A DNA stretch of 64,000 nt from Schizochytrium sp. TIO01 (lineage: Eukaryota; Protista; Bigyra: Labyrinthulomycetes), in NCBI GenBank assembly GCA_004764695.1, contig SMSO01000007.1, forward strand, positions 992,001 to 1,056,000. The letters run 5' to 3'. Position numbers and translations under genes: made by a program. Below, in pieces: positions 24,239-36,123 of the stretch (the stretch's first letter is position 1; every line of letters starts with the position of its first letter). The notes under the pieces were generated by a model. That model was not told the origin of the DNA. It did not search any database and was given only the letters and a program-made list of their open reading frames with translations.

Positions 24239-26275
24239 TTAGTTGGCTAAATTTGTTGCAGAAGCATCGTAGATAGGAAGGAATGTATTGAACGCAGCAC
24301 TAGCAAAAACACCTGGATCATTGAAACGCCGGTTGCGGTTAAGTCCAGAAATTGTCTTCATATCTTCTTCAGAAAGCTCAAAGTTAAATGCCTCTAGATT
24401 TGATTTGATGTGGTCAACATTAGAGGACTTGAAAACGGGGCTAGTTCCTCTCTGCAGCGCCCAACGGAGAACAACCTGGTGAGGAGTCTTGCTATACTTT
24501 TCTGCGATTGCCTTGATCTGATTCGACTGGAGTACACTGTCGTCAGCCGAGGCCATCCCGATCTCAACGTAGCTGGCATGGCCCAGAGGAGAAAAGGCTA
24601 CAACCTTGAGTCCCTGGGACTTTGCGTACCTAACAAGGTGGTCTTGAGTGTTCAGCGGGTGTAGCTCTACCTGAAGAACAGCAGGAGGAAACTTGGCATA
24701 AAACATCATGTCACGCAGGAGCTGGACATTGAAGTTGCAAACACCAATAGCCCGCGCACGGCCCTTCACGACTTCAGCCTCCATATAGCGCCAGGTGCGC
24801 TCCATGGGAATTCTAGCAAGTTCCACACGGGGATTCTCCGCCTCGGGATCGAAAAACCACTCTGGTGGATAGCGCTTCTCAAAAGGAACAAACTTTTGCG
24901 GAATAGGGAAATGGATCATGTATAAGTCCACATAGTCAAGACGAAAGTCATTCAATGTCTTTGAAAGTGCGTCAGGAACTTTATCACCGTGGTATGTATT
25001 CCATAGCTTTGAAACAACGAACAGGTCCTCACGCCGCACAAGCCCTTGCTCAATAGCTTGATGGATGCCATCTCCAACTTCCTTTTCGTTTCCATAATCA
25101 CATGCGCAGTCCAAGTGACGGACTCCAGCTTTAATTGCTTCGAGAACCACCGAGGCAGTGACAGACGTCGGCACCTTCCATAGACCTAGCCCAAGGCGTG
25201 GCATAAATGCACCATTATAAAGGCGGTCAAGGACCGGTGTGCCTATAGCCTTTGATTCCAGATTCTTGGAACTCATAAAAGTACCAGACAGAGGCACACG
25301 AGCGACAGAAGCTAGAACACGACGAGCGGAGTTGTAAGTATTGCGTGAGTGCATTGTCACACGGTTGTCCACAATGATTGCGTCACCAACTTGCCATGGC
25401 ACGCACACTCGCTCACGCTCCATAAAATCCGCAACTGCGTCCAAAGCCTTCGTGTTCATAGGTGAACCATCGCCAAACATGACAGCCTTGGTAGGGTCAT
25501 TGCGTGAATCAACCCAGCCTTTGTACGCGGCAACAATTGAATTGAAGAATACCTTGTGTTCAGTACCGGGCTCCCCACGGACGCCCGGAACAATGTTTGT
25601 AATGTTCTTTAGATCTCCATTTTCAAGCCACTCCCATTCATGGCCCATCTCACGCATTTTATTCTCAGCTTCCTCTTTGCTGTTTACAAGGAAAGTGTTT
25701 TTCCAAGAACGACCAATTGCGGATGACTCGTCGTCTTCTTGGGGCATAATACGCATATAGCGTACACCCAGTTCTTCAATTTTGCAAGCAACCTCAGGGA
25801 ATGACGACTCAAGAAACTCCCATACTTTTCGAGAGAGAATGAGAGGGGTCTCGCCACCACTCTCGGGTGCAATCTCGCAATAAAACATAACATAGTCTGG
25901 GGGGTTGCTGACCTGGGCCATTTCATGGTGGAAAGGAATCGGCTCGCTCGGCGGAGATTCGTTCGCAGTGAAAACGTAATCGCCTACAACATTACGGCGC
26001 ACTGCTGCACCACCAATGTATGGCATATTTTCTAAGCCAAGCCCTTGAACGGCCTCACCAAAATCTTCTGGTGAGTTCAGAGAGAAACCACGCAGTAGGA
26101 CCGCCCCGTGTTCTCTAGCAAGTTCAAGGATTGACTCACTATGTTCGCCAATCACAGACGCAGATGCAACATCTTGAGACTTTGGACCCAGAGTCAGCGG
26201 AAACACCTTTCCATCTACAACTTTTGCTGCATCATTTGCTAACTCCACGAAAGCGTCGTTGAGATTCAAGGCCAT
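24239..26275 (-). CDS. Fusion of a TauD/clavaminate synthase-like Fe(II)/2-oxoglutarate dioxygenase (N-terminal) and an aldo-keto reductase (C-terminal)
   Basis: N-domain: HGAVLLRGF, PYIGGAAVR, FTANESPP, PFHHEMAQ (HxE), GGETP, WQVGDAIIVDNRVTMHSR. C-domain: MPRLGLGLWK, HLDCACDYGNEKEVG, VSKLWNT, DLYMIHFP, IGVCNF, QVELHP, AFSPLG, LNRNRRFNDP. One uninterrupted frame; first ATG at 26275 (the ORF track uses an upstream TTG). Confidence 0.9.
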   Translation of the reverse strand: MALNLNDAFVELANDAAKVVDGKVFPLTLGPKSQDVASASVIGEHSESILELAREHGAVLLRGFSLNSPEDFGEAVQGLGLENMPYIGGAAVRRNVVGDYVFTANESPPSEPIPFHHEMAQVSNPPDYVMFYCEIAPESGGETPLILSRKVWEFLESSFPEVACKIEELGVRYMRIMPQEDDESSAIGRSWKNTFLVNSKEEAENKMREMGHEWEWLENGDLKNITNIVPGVRGEPGTEHKVFFNSIVAAYKGWVDSRNDPTKAVMFGDGSPMNTKALDAVADFMERERVCVPWQVGDAIIVDNRVTMHSRNTYNSARRVLASVARVPLSGTFMSSKNLESKAIGTPVLDRLYNGAFMPRLGLGLWKVPTSVTASVVLEAIKAGVRHLDCACDYGNEKEVGDGIHQAIEQGLVRREDLFVVSKLWNTYHGDKVPDALSKTLNDFRLDYVDLYMIHFPIPQKFVPFEKRYPPEWFFDPEAENPRVELARIPMERTWRYMEAEVVKGRARAIGVCNFNVQLLRDMMFYAKFPPAVLQVELHPLNTQDHLVRYAKSQGLKVVAFSPLGHASYVEIGMASADDSVLQSNQIKAIAEKYSKTPHQVVLRWALQRGTSPVFKSSNVDHIKSNLEAFNFELSEEDMKTISGLNRNRRFNDPGVFASAAFNTFLPIYDASATNLAN

Positions 26276-29200
26276 TTTTGCTTGCTTTGGAACCTTGGGT
26301 ATTTGTTCGTACAACTCGTTCACTTTCCACGGACCACTGAATGCTCGTCGTGTGCCACGCAAATGGACTAACTAGGAGCTCCCAACGCCTGACTGACCAG
26401 TCTTATGGACCTCTGACACTGTAAAACGCAAGATACACTAACAAGACCTCGGTTTGCGATCGATTCGGATCTGCTGTGGCTCAAGCAAGTGCCTCCTTGT
26501 ACCTACCTACCTAGTTAGAGAGATAACCTATCACACACAAAACCATCTCTACAGGTAACTACTTCTGTACGATGTGTAGTGCTCTAGGGGTTTGAGCCTA
26601 CCATCTTCGGCAAAGTTTAATGGGTATTGTGGAAGTGAGTGATCGTGCCAAGGTGCTTGAATGCAGCCACTAGTGAACATGCTTTGACGAAGGGAGGTAC
26701 CTACGTATGCTTAGATAGATACCTCTTCAAAGATAGTAAGGCAGTTCTTCTCATTTTCCAATATACCTACAAGCTAGCCATCAACTATGCATAACTATAG
26801 GAGCCCTCCTCATAGGAGACAGTCGACAAGTTGCTCTAAACTTTTTGGTAATAAGAAATACCAGTGTGCAATGATATCATTATTCGAGTTTTGGTCTTCG
26901 CAGCATCAGCGTGGCATGTAAACATATAGCTGCCACAAGCTCGGCTATGCATGTTTAAACCTTTTCATTAAATTCTGGCTCGTGAAACAAAATATCTTAT
27001 GATCACCATACTTTTGTACATTACATACATCGGAACGTTCCGGGAACACTTTACTTGTGCCGCGGGAGCAAAGTTTCATAGAAGATCTCTCCAGGTCTTG
27101 CCAATGAATCTGAATAGATTTTGCGGATTCTCCTACTTTATAATTTCTCTGATGGTTCTATGTTTAAATTTTGGGGGATTTCAAACCTACTGATATAGTT
27201 CCAGAAAGTTTTCGCATGACTCTTACAGACAAACATCCATAAACCCATACTTTTATGGCTGAGTGTGAAGCCAATTGCGTACTTGTTTCAATCATTACAA
27301 ACTCCCAAATGTCTCTCACTTGTTAGCCATCAATATTTTGCATTCGCTGACCTTCTGGGCTGCTAACTCCTATTTCAACCAAATCTAGATTCTTCCTGTC
27401 CTTATTGAATTCCATATTTTGAGCCTGCTTAGACCAACAGTGGAAATTCTGTTTGATCCTTGAATTAGCCCTTAAGTCTCTACCCATAAGATAACCTTTA
27501 TATAATTGTTTGAGTAACTTCACACTCGTAGCGATAAATTTTCCCAATGGTAGCATCTCAGTGAAGAGATTTAAGTCAAACATATACCTTTCCGATGCAT
27601 GAAACAATGACAACAACCAGCACGAATAAATGAATACTATAATTATAATGCAAATAAACAAATTATACAGAGCAAACTGCCTTCCTTCTATGTTTTTATG
27701 CTTGCTGTTGTATTCTAAAGGATTTGTCCCATAACAATACTGCTCTACAGGTACTCCTTATGGCCTCCTCCAGGTGAATAATTAGTACATTTAAAAGCTA
27801 CTAGTCCTTTGACATTCCTCATCGACTAATTTCAACAGTTGGATTGCTGTTGACTGCCTACATGGTGTATTTTGGTTTGATATGGACGTCTACAGCAAAG
27901 ATCGCGCACAGATTCAGTACTTCTTTGTTACCCAAACGTGTATCAGAGGACCACAGAACATAATACTAAGATGCTAATTTCAATTATCGAAAAGTTCTTT
28001 AGCAATAGCCAAACATACTTCTTATAACGAACATTCATGCGTAAATACCCGTCTCCAGTGTTGCATATCACGTGTAGTAAAATTGAGCCTCAACAAGGAT
28101 TATGCTGCGTTGAGTTGGATTATATCTCCTTGAGATATGCTATAAGATAGGGTGCGTCTACAAGTATACCTCTCGACGCTGAGCGTATCACAGCTGAAAG
28201 TATAACGAGTGCTTCATTTTCGTCGAGACTCTCTAATTTACATTTTTTTTTGTGTGTGTGGAAGGGAAGGAGCCAACAACTGCTTACTGTCTAGTAATAA
28301 TATTGCATATGTTGGCACAAAAGACAGCTAGCACCACGGGAATAGTTCCATCGAAAGGAGATATCGCACGAGTTCGTAACTGTACTTCTTTCTATCAAGT
28401 TGCGATAGACTCTGCCCAAAGAAAGAGCTTTTTCGTTGAATACTTGCTCAGGTAACACATGAACTTAGCGAAATACCTATGAAGGTTTGTGTGAGGATGA
28501 TCGTATTGTTTATGGTAAAATCTGATCCTCCTAGAGATGTTATGAAGTGATGTATCGAATGGACGATCTGCCTGGAGAAACAACATGAAATATCCAACAA
28601 CTGTACCAGAAGATTCCAAATGGCTGTGATAAAATATATGAAAGAGTAACAGTATGAATTATAGAGATCGTTTATAGGAGTTGGTAATTTTCCCTATCAA
28701 GTCAAGCTGCAAAACCTCTAGTCGTACACGATCTTGTTTAAAAAATAAAGTGACCCCCCCTGTCCTTTTCCAGAATAGCTCGTTTCGAAAAGTTGTAGGA
28801 CCCTATGTTTCGAACCTTTAAGGCATCAGCTGTCCAAAGTACAGGCCCCTCATCCGATGAAGTTTTGCGTATTCAACATAAACCTGAAGTTTAGTAGACC
28901 ATTAAAATTACCAAAAAAAAACAGATTCATCTACAGCAAAGCCATTCCAAAGTTTCCTCACTTATCATATAGACCTCCAACTTCTCCAGCCTGGTCCGAA
29001 GAATGATCAAAACCACGAAATCCTTTCCCCAATCCGCAGTCTTGCATCATGACTTCAGCTCCTCGACATTGTTAAAACTAATCTAAAACCTTCCTCAGTC
29101 AGCCAGAACTATTGGTTTTTGTGCAACTAGATCCAGTATTTATTAACTCCCTCAAGCATGTTTCTAATAATCCACCATGTTTGCTCCCTTCTAAATGCAT

Positions 29201-29551
29201 TGATGATCTTCCTACATTTCCTTGTGATTCTCTCATCCCATTTATTCACTCGTTCACTATCTTCATGACCCAAATTAGCCGACCCTATATGGTCTTAACT
29301 AAGTGCTATGTGAGGAGTGGTGCAATGATACTTGGAAAGGACCAGGTGTATGCAGACGACTTCGAGCAATCCGGCAATCAAAGCGCGAAGAGCGGCGGAA
29401 AGTCCGCTCGGCCGCGACACCTCACCTGCGCAGAGGATCCTGACGGTGTCGAGAGGCGTCCTGTAGGATTCTTGCTGCTGATACCGTGCAAGTGAACCAA
29501 GGGTTTGGTGGTCCTGGTGTTTGGCTCCGGGCGTGGATAGGAGAATAAAAA

Positions 29552-32065
29552 ATGGTCAAGTCTCGCGATGACCTTTTGCAGGCGGCGCTGCGTGAGGCAG
29601 AAAATGTGGTTCTAGAGGACAACAACTATCTAGGAGAGGGGTTTGATATGGATGAATATGATGACAAGCTCGATAAGTCTGCTTCAGCTAAAATTGCAGA
29701 CCGAGCCCGCAGCAATATCAACCTTTTGGCTACCGGCGAGGACTTTCGCAAAGTGTTGGAGCTGAAGCCTGGGCACGAGTCAAGGCCACTCTGGGTCGCT
29801 CCCACTGGCCAGATTTACCTCGAAACCTCATCCCCATACTTCGCCCTTGCGACAGATTTCCTTGTGGCTATCTCCGAGCCAGAGTCCAGACCGGAGTTCA
29901 TTCACCATTACAAGCTCACGCCATACTCTCTATACGCTGCAGTCTCTGTCAACTTGGATACTGAGACGATTCTACGCACACTGAATCGACTCAGTAAAGT
30001 CCCGGTCCCACCAGAGGTTGACGCCTTTGTGCGAAAGTGTACTGCCTCTCATGGCAAGGCCAAGCTCGTGCTGAAGCGGAATAGGCTGTATGTGGAGAGC
30101 CCGTACCCGGAGGTGCTCAAAAAGTTGCTGGAGATTCGCGCTATTAGGCAGGCCCAGGACCAATCAATCGATGCAAGGCTGAGACGACTGGAGGCTCGAA
30201 GAATTGGAGAGGACGAGGCCCGAGGTGTAGGGGCTGGAAACTCTGTGAGCAAGGTAGATCAGCATGAGGTGCACCTTCTGGAGACGAATGCAGCACAGGA
30301 AGATCGCGCGGCCCAGGCCACGGACTTTGAGGAGCTGGATAAGCTTCTCGAAAGACGTATTGAGAGGGTAGATGAGATTGCAGAGGATGATGAAGAAGAC
30401 CAAGAGTATCCGGATAGCAGCGACAGCAAGGATGCTGACAAGAGTAGTGGAAAGAAAAGGTCTGCCGAGGAGGCTGGAGTTGGAGTCAAGGAAGAGGGTA
30501 AGACGTCAGCTCCTGCGTCACGCAAGGTGCTTAGCTTTGAGATTCGCCCAGAGTATATTGAACAAGTCAAGGAAGCAGCAATGATGGCAGACTATCCTCT
30601 TATGGAGGAGTACGATTTTAAGCGCGACTCACGCAACCCAGACCTTCCAATCAACCTTCGCGCCTCTACACGGGTGCGCCCTTACCAGGAGAAGAGTCTT
30701 GCAAAGATGTTTGGCAACGGCCGTGCTCGTTCTGGTATTATTGTATTGCCTTGTGGAGCTGGCAAGACCTTGACAGGCATTACAGCTGCGTGCACTGTCA
30801 AGAAGAGCTGTATCATTTTTTGCATTAACTCTGTTGGCGTGGAGCAGTGGATTCGCTCACTGCAAATGTTTACAACGCTCAAGGATGAGTACATTCGTCG
30901 TTTCACAAGCCAATCCAAGGATGATTTGCATGAGTCTGGTGCCACGGTTCTTGTAACAACGTACAACATGATGTCTTACAGCCGTGGTCGTTCGGAGGAT
31001 GGTGAGCGGGTGATGAACCAGGTTAAGAATACAGAGTGGGGTCTCATCATCATGGACGAGGTACACGTTGTGCCTGCTAAAATGTTCCGTATGGCACTTC
31101 GCCACGTCAAATCGCACTGCAAACTAGGTCTCACAGCTACACTTGTTCGTGAGGACGGCTTGATTGACGATTTGAACTTTCTCATTGGTCCAAAGCTATA
31201 CGAAGCTAACTGGCAACAGCTCACTGAGCAAGGTTTCTTGGCAAAGGTTCTCTGTGCTGAAGTTTGGTGTCCAATGACTCCGGAGTTTTTCGAGAAATAT
31301 TTGAGTCCGGACACTGATGCTAAGACGAAGCAGCTCCTTTATGTGATGAACCCAAACAAATTCTCCATTTGTGAGATGTTGCTTCGTTATCATGTGAAGA
31401 AGAACGACAAGGTTCTCGTATTTTCAGATAACATTCCTGCAATTTTACGGTACAGTACATACCTTGGTATTCACAACTTGTATGGTGAGACTACACAATA
31501 TGAGCGTGAACGTCTCCTTCGTCGTTTTCGTGGTGGCAAGAACCTCGAGGAAGGCGAGACAGAGATTAATGTACTAGTGATTTCTCAGGTTGGTGATGTA
31601 GGTATTGATTTGCCGCAAGCCAATGTGATTATTCAGGTGTCATCACACTTTGGTTCGCGTCGTCAGGAGGCCCAGCGTCTGGGTCGCATTCTTCGTCCTA
31701 AGCCTGGCGAGGACTTCAACGTTGGCTGGAATGCATTCTTTTATACGCTGATCTCACTTGATACTTCTGAGATGTACTTTTCCAACAAGCGTCAGCAGTA
31801 TCTCGTGGATCAAGGCTACACTTTCAAGGTGATTCGTAATATCAAAGAGATTGCTCGTGCTAGTGGTATTCCTTACAATGAGCTGTCTCTTGAAAAACAG
31901 CGCGAAGTTCTGCGTAATTTGGATGGCAAGGACGTGTATGAACAGCTCATTGAGAAGAATCTGGAGAATGCTAATCGGCAGGCCGCCTCAAAGAAGTCGA
32001 AGACTAGCCAGGCCCCTGCTAATAAGCTTATGCGCAGTTTGTTGCGAAAGTCTGGTCGATTGTAA
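29552..32065 (+). CDS. ERCC3: TFIIH helicase/translocase subunit XPB
   Basis: RPLWV...DFLVAISEPESRPEFIHHYKLTPYSLYAAVSV; RPYQEKSLAKMFGNGRARSGIIVLPCGAGKT; DEVH; LGLTATLVRED; SHFGSRRQEAQRLGRILR. Confidence 0.97.
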   Translation: MVKSRDDLLQAALREAENVVLEDNNYLGEGFDMDEYDDKLDKSASAKIADRARSNINLLATGEDFRKVLELKPGHESRPLWVAPTGQIYLETSSPYFALATDFLVAISEPESRPEFIHHYKLTPYSLYAAVSVNLDTETILRTLNRLSKVPVPPEVDAFVRKCTASHGKAKLVLKRNRLYVESPYPEVLKKLLEIRAIRQAQDQSIDARLRRLEARRIGEDEARGVGAGNSVSKVDQHEVHLLETNAAQEDRAAQATDFEELDKLLERRIERVDEIAEDDEEDQEYPDSSDSKDADKSSGKKRSAEEAGVGVKEEGKTSAPASRKVLSFEIRPEYIEQVKEAAMMADYPLMEEYDFKRDSRNPDLPINLRASTRVRPYQEKSLAKMFGNGRARSGIIVLPCGAGKTLTGITAACTVKKSCIIFCINSVGVEQWIRSLQMFTTLKDEYIRRFTSQSKDDLHESGATVLVTTYNMMSYSRGRSEDGERVMNQVKNTEWGLIIMDEVHVVPAKMFRMALRHVKSHCKLGLTATLVREDGLIDDLNFLIGPKLYEANWQQLTEQGFLAKVLCAEVWCPMTPEFFEKYLSPDTDAKTKQLLYVMNPNKFSICEMLLRYHVKKNDKVLVFSDNIPAILRYSTYLGIHNLYGETTQYERERLLRRFRGGKNLEEGETEINVLVISQVGDVGIDLPQANVIIQVSSHFGSRRQEAQRLGRILRPKPGEDFNVGWNAFFYTLISLDTSEMYFSNKRQQYLVDQGYTFKVIRNIKEIARASGIPYNELSLEKQREVLRNLDGKDVYEQLIEKNLENANRQAASKKSKTSQAPANKLMRSLLRKSGRL

Positions 32066-33077
32066 GAGCAAAACTTTTGAAAAGTTCTTTTTGCGTAACT
32101 GTGGTATGTCAAGAAGCTGCAAGCTGGCGAATACAAAAACAGCTAGTAGTATAATGGTAATACCCTCTCTCAGACCTAATCAACGATCGGCTTATTCTAC
32201 AAAAGGCCTTTTCTTGCTGAAGGCTTTGGTTTTCGTATTTTATGATCAATCTTTTTCTTTCCTTGTTGTCTCAATTCATTTACTTATTTCTTGACCTTTC
32301 GATTCACGTTTGTCTACAACTTGTGCGTGCAGGATTGCTGTCTTACATCTCCTGTCCTAAGTCTTTTTCGAAAATGTATTTTCGAATAGCAATTGTGCAG
32401 TTGTAACATGCGCGTAGGTATCAATTCACATTTTGCATGAAGCTACTTCCCTCAGTGGCCGCCCAGTCTGTGTATGTTTGTGAGAACAAACAAATAAGCA
32501 CACCAAAAATGACGACAAAACTAACAGAGTTGATTCCGTTAGTAGGATTACTGTGTCAAGAGAGAGTATTTAACATGTTTTTTCTTCTTTTTTTTTGGGG
32601 GGGGGGTTCACCTGGATGTATGTATATATTGTAAGAGGTAGAATATCTTCATATTGATAGAGATATATTTTAAGACATGACTATAGACTTGATGGTTTTA
32701 TTGCTATGCAAAAGAATCACAGCAAAGTACTCAATTGCGCGTTACTTAGATTTGATTTCATATTTGAAATCACAGTTATGAGAAGGATAATACCCTTTGT
32801 ACAGAGACAAAGGAACACAATACTATGCCCTTTCAAGCGGGGTGGAGGACTTGTGGAGTGAGATGGTTTCCATGAGTGAAGCGACGAGGGTAAGTTGATG
32901 CATGTTCACAGTTCTAGGGGCACTTTGGAACCGGTTGAACCTATCCTTCGTCTTTGGCACTCTAAATGGTCGGTTGCATCCCCATCTAGAGCGTACCATA
33001 ATTTTCACCATAGGGAGAAGCGACATGCAGTTAGATACGTCAATGTGATTGCAGCAGCTTTCGTTCATTTGAGCATC

Positions 33078-34394
33078 TTACAAAACTGGTGGAGGCGGCG
33101 GGGACTGGTTCGGGTCGCTCTCCGGTTGTTCCTGGAGACGAACGGCACATCCACAATCAACCTTGCATTCAAAGCCGTAGTTCCAAGCAAGGAATTTCTG
33201 CAACTGACTTTGCTCGAGCTCGCGAGATCCAGCATAGTGAAAGGTAACTTCATCTCCCGGTTTGAGATCTCTCCTAGGTACGAGGTATGCAAGTGCACCA
33301 TTGAAAGCAAGATCTACAGAAGGGTCACAAGAATGGTTGGCGAATCCTAGCGTCGGGTAAAGTGCAGAGCAGACGGGTGTCCTGATGGAGTTGATGTGCA
33401 AAGCTGCCATGGAGGCCATAAATGCCTCACGTGCATCACCAAGATCCTGGCGTTCAGGCGGTCCGCTCCAAAACGTGACCGTACCGAGATCGATGCCGGT
33501 GCGAGTGCAAGCTCTTTCGATGCGAGACTTGGTGATCTTCCAGTCGTTTTCCCATGCCGCCTCCGTGCCAGGTCCAAGGTCCGGGCGCATGAACGACCAC
33601 AATGTGACAAGGGTATCAACAGTGCCAAGCGTGATTTCGTCAGCAATGATACGCAAAAGAATGCTTTGCGTAATGAGAGGGAAACGTTGGTTGGGGTCCA
33701 TCTCCTCAAGGTCGACATCGTTATTGATAGAGTGAAGATTCCTCAGCATCTTTTTGACGAGCTCCTCTCGATCACGAATGCTACGGTCTGGCGAGTTGCA
33801 GTACGGGCACATGGGGACTTCATCCTTGGGTGCCAGGCATGTCGGGCACAGTGCCTTCGGCTGCTCATTTTGATCCTGAAAGCCCGGGAAGTTGCCATCA
33901 ATGCCCAGACCTTGAAACTCATTGACAGTGCCACCTCCAGATGCCTTGTTCTCCAGGACGACACAGCTGTGGAATCTGCGAACGTCTCCAGGTTTGGCAT
34001 TCTGGCCCAAGAACCCATTTTTTCCAGATTCAGACTCAGTAGAATTGGTCTGTACAGGGCTCTGCGCTGCGACCTTGGATTTCTTAGCCTTTTTGGGCTT
34101 GTGCGCGAAGACTTGAGGTTTTGGACCCTTGCTTGGAGGCACGGCGGGCTTTACAGGTCGAATTCGGGGCTCATAAGTTGCTGCTTGAGCCATGACTTCT
34201 GAAGTTGCAGGAGAGGTTGCGAGCGGTGCGAGAGGTCCAATGCTGGCACCTTTTTTGAAGGCTCGTGTCACAAAAAGACCTCTTTCACCACCCACACGGG
34301 CTGCAGATCGAAGCTCAAGAGGACCTTGACAGCACAACTGACTCAGGACCTCGAGCGCCACCACCGCGGTGGTCGAGGACCCGCGAGCGCTCAT
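33078..34394 (-). CDS. SET-domain lysine methyltransferase, split-SET (SMYD-like)
   Basis: N-SET GERGLFVTRAFKKG; C-SET ALYPTLGFANHSCDPSV...DLKPGDEVTFHY; post-SET YGFECKVDCGC. Confidence 0.85.
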   Translation of the reverse strand: MSARGSSTTAVVALEVLSQLCCQGPLELRSAARVGGERGLFVTRAFKKGASIGPLAPLATSPATSEVMAQAATYEPRIRPVKPAVPPSKGPKPQVFAHKPKKAKKSKVAAQSPVQTNSTESESGKNGFLGQNAKPGDVRRFHSCVVLENKASGGGTVNEFQGLGIDGNFPGFQDQNEQPKALCPTCLAPKDEVPMCPYCNSPDRSIRDREELVKKMLRNLHSINNDVDLEEMDPNQRFPLITQSILLRIIADEITLGTVDTLVTLWSFMRPDLGPGTEAAWENDWKITKSRIERACTRTGIDLGTVTFWSGPPERQDLGDAREAFMASMAALHINSIRTPVCSALYPTLGFANHSCDPSVDLAFNGALAYLVPRRDLKPGDEVTFHYAGSRELEQSQLQKFLAWNYGFECKVDCGCAVRLQEQPESDPNQSPPPPPVL

Positions 34395-36123
34395 GACCGC
34401 AAGATTAAAGAGGGTTCCGAGGAGAGTCTGGCTGTGGAAGGCTCTGTTTGATCGGGGTTCTGGACTACCGCAATGGGAGTCTTATGTGGGTCTAGTTCGT
34501 CGAGACTTTGGAGTCTCGGAGTAAAAGACAGAGATTGCTTCGCCAATCGAATTGCAAAATGAATGAACCAGCGAATTTATATTTTGTTTTTTTCATAATG
34601 AAAGAAAGATAAAAAAGAAAAGAAAAGAGAGTAAATGTCAGAATTCATAGCTGCCCAGATGTGTCTCTTTAGCACTGCGGCAATAAAGAGAAGGAAAACT
34701 CCTCGTCTTTGAAGATGATATAGGATGATGCTTGGTGATGTAGGTTTGGTGATTGCTGACTTTAGACAATTTTAAGAAAGAGAGAGAGTTATGGAACTTC
34801 ATGAAGCAAAATCTTGAGGTATTTTGAATTTGTGAGGACATCGGTTTAGATAGGGCCCACGCCAGTTAAATTCTTTATCCATTTGCGTCTTGGTTCTTCG
34901 GATATGTCTCACAGGAATGATGGATAGTTTTTTTGAGATACTTTCTTTTACTTTCTGCATTTCCACGTTTATGAGAAAAAATTGGAAAGGAAAGCTATCC
35001 GGATAGTTCGACATTGCTTGGCGTGATACAGAAATATTGAAAGCTGGGAATTGATTTGACTTGTCATTAGAAGCTGAAAGTTTAGCTTCTCTTTTAGATA
35101 AGAGAAAATGAGGTTTAACAGGTCAAATGTTGAACTTTGGGTTGTTTGAAATTGTGAGGTGACTCGGCTTTCGTAAAGCTAAAGAACAAATTCTGCTTCA
35201 TGCTCAGCTGTTCTCATTGGATTCAACCTTTCTGACAGAAATTGATAAGTAAGGATGTTTGTAAGATCATTAGAGATGTTCAGAAAATGTTGCATTCTAA
35301 ATTTACCAACACTTTATTGAACTTCGATGCAAAAGTGATGAATGTCACCTTCTGCCCTCAATAAACACTTTGTTAGTGATGCAACCTACCCCGATAACTA
35401 CCTGCGGCTGCCTTGTGCTCCTAAAATATTCCGAGACCCCCATAAGCCAAGAACGCCTTTTGCCATTTGTTTCATCAAAATTCGAGCCAACGAAGTTATT
35501 TTGCTGAAAAGAAGACTTACGCAAGTTTGTTTTTCTTCTCTTCAGTTTTTCAAGGAAATCAATAGTCGCATGCTTCGTTCTTCTCCTCGCGTCGCAGATT
35601 AGGCCTTTCAGTCCCCTTCGCCGTTACGACACACATGATCACAGGGCGAAATTTAGAGCTAATATTCTCAGCACAGCACCTATATAGGCCTATCTGACTC
35701 CTAGTGCCTCCCTCCGCTAGTCCGTCTGGTCGTTAGTCCAAACGAGAAAAAACCAGAGGAAGAAAGAAACCAGAGAATTCATCGCTATAGCCTGTAATCG
35801 TCTACAGTAGGTTATAGTTTATACAACACAGAGACGTGGCAGCACAAGTAGGTTATAGAGTTTAAGGTTGACTTGTGCAAGGCCGAGGGTAATAAATAAT
35901 AAATAGCTGAGCTAAATAATTTGCCAACGAGAATATAGGAGAAGATTGAGACAGAATTTGAGGATGGGCGAGGGCTTAAACCTCGAATAGAATGCATCGT
36001 TAGGCGTCGACGGCCGTCGCCTAACGACGAGGTCCGGTTTAGCAGACTTGTGTGAGCAACAGTAAGCACGTCACCTCGGCACGTGCGGGATCTCCAGCTC
36101 TTCGTGGCTGAATTTAAGGAAAC

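Noticed and set aside
26400-29500. Short ORFs in AT-rich spacers (also 19000-22500 and 44300-46400)
   Set aside because: No codon bias or motifs; treated as intergenic
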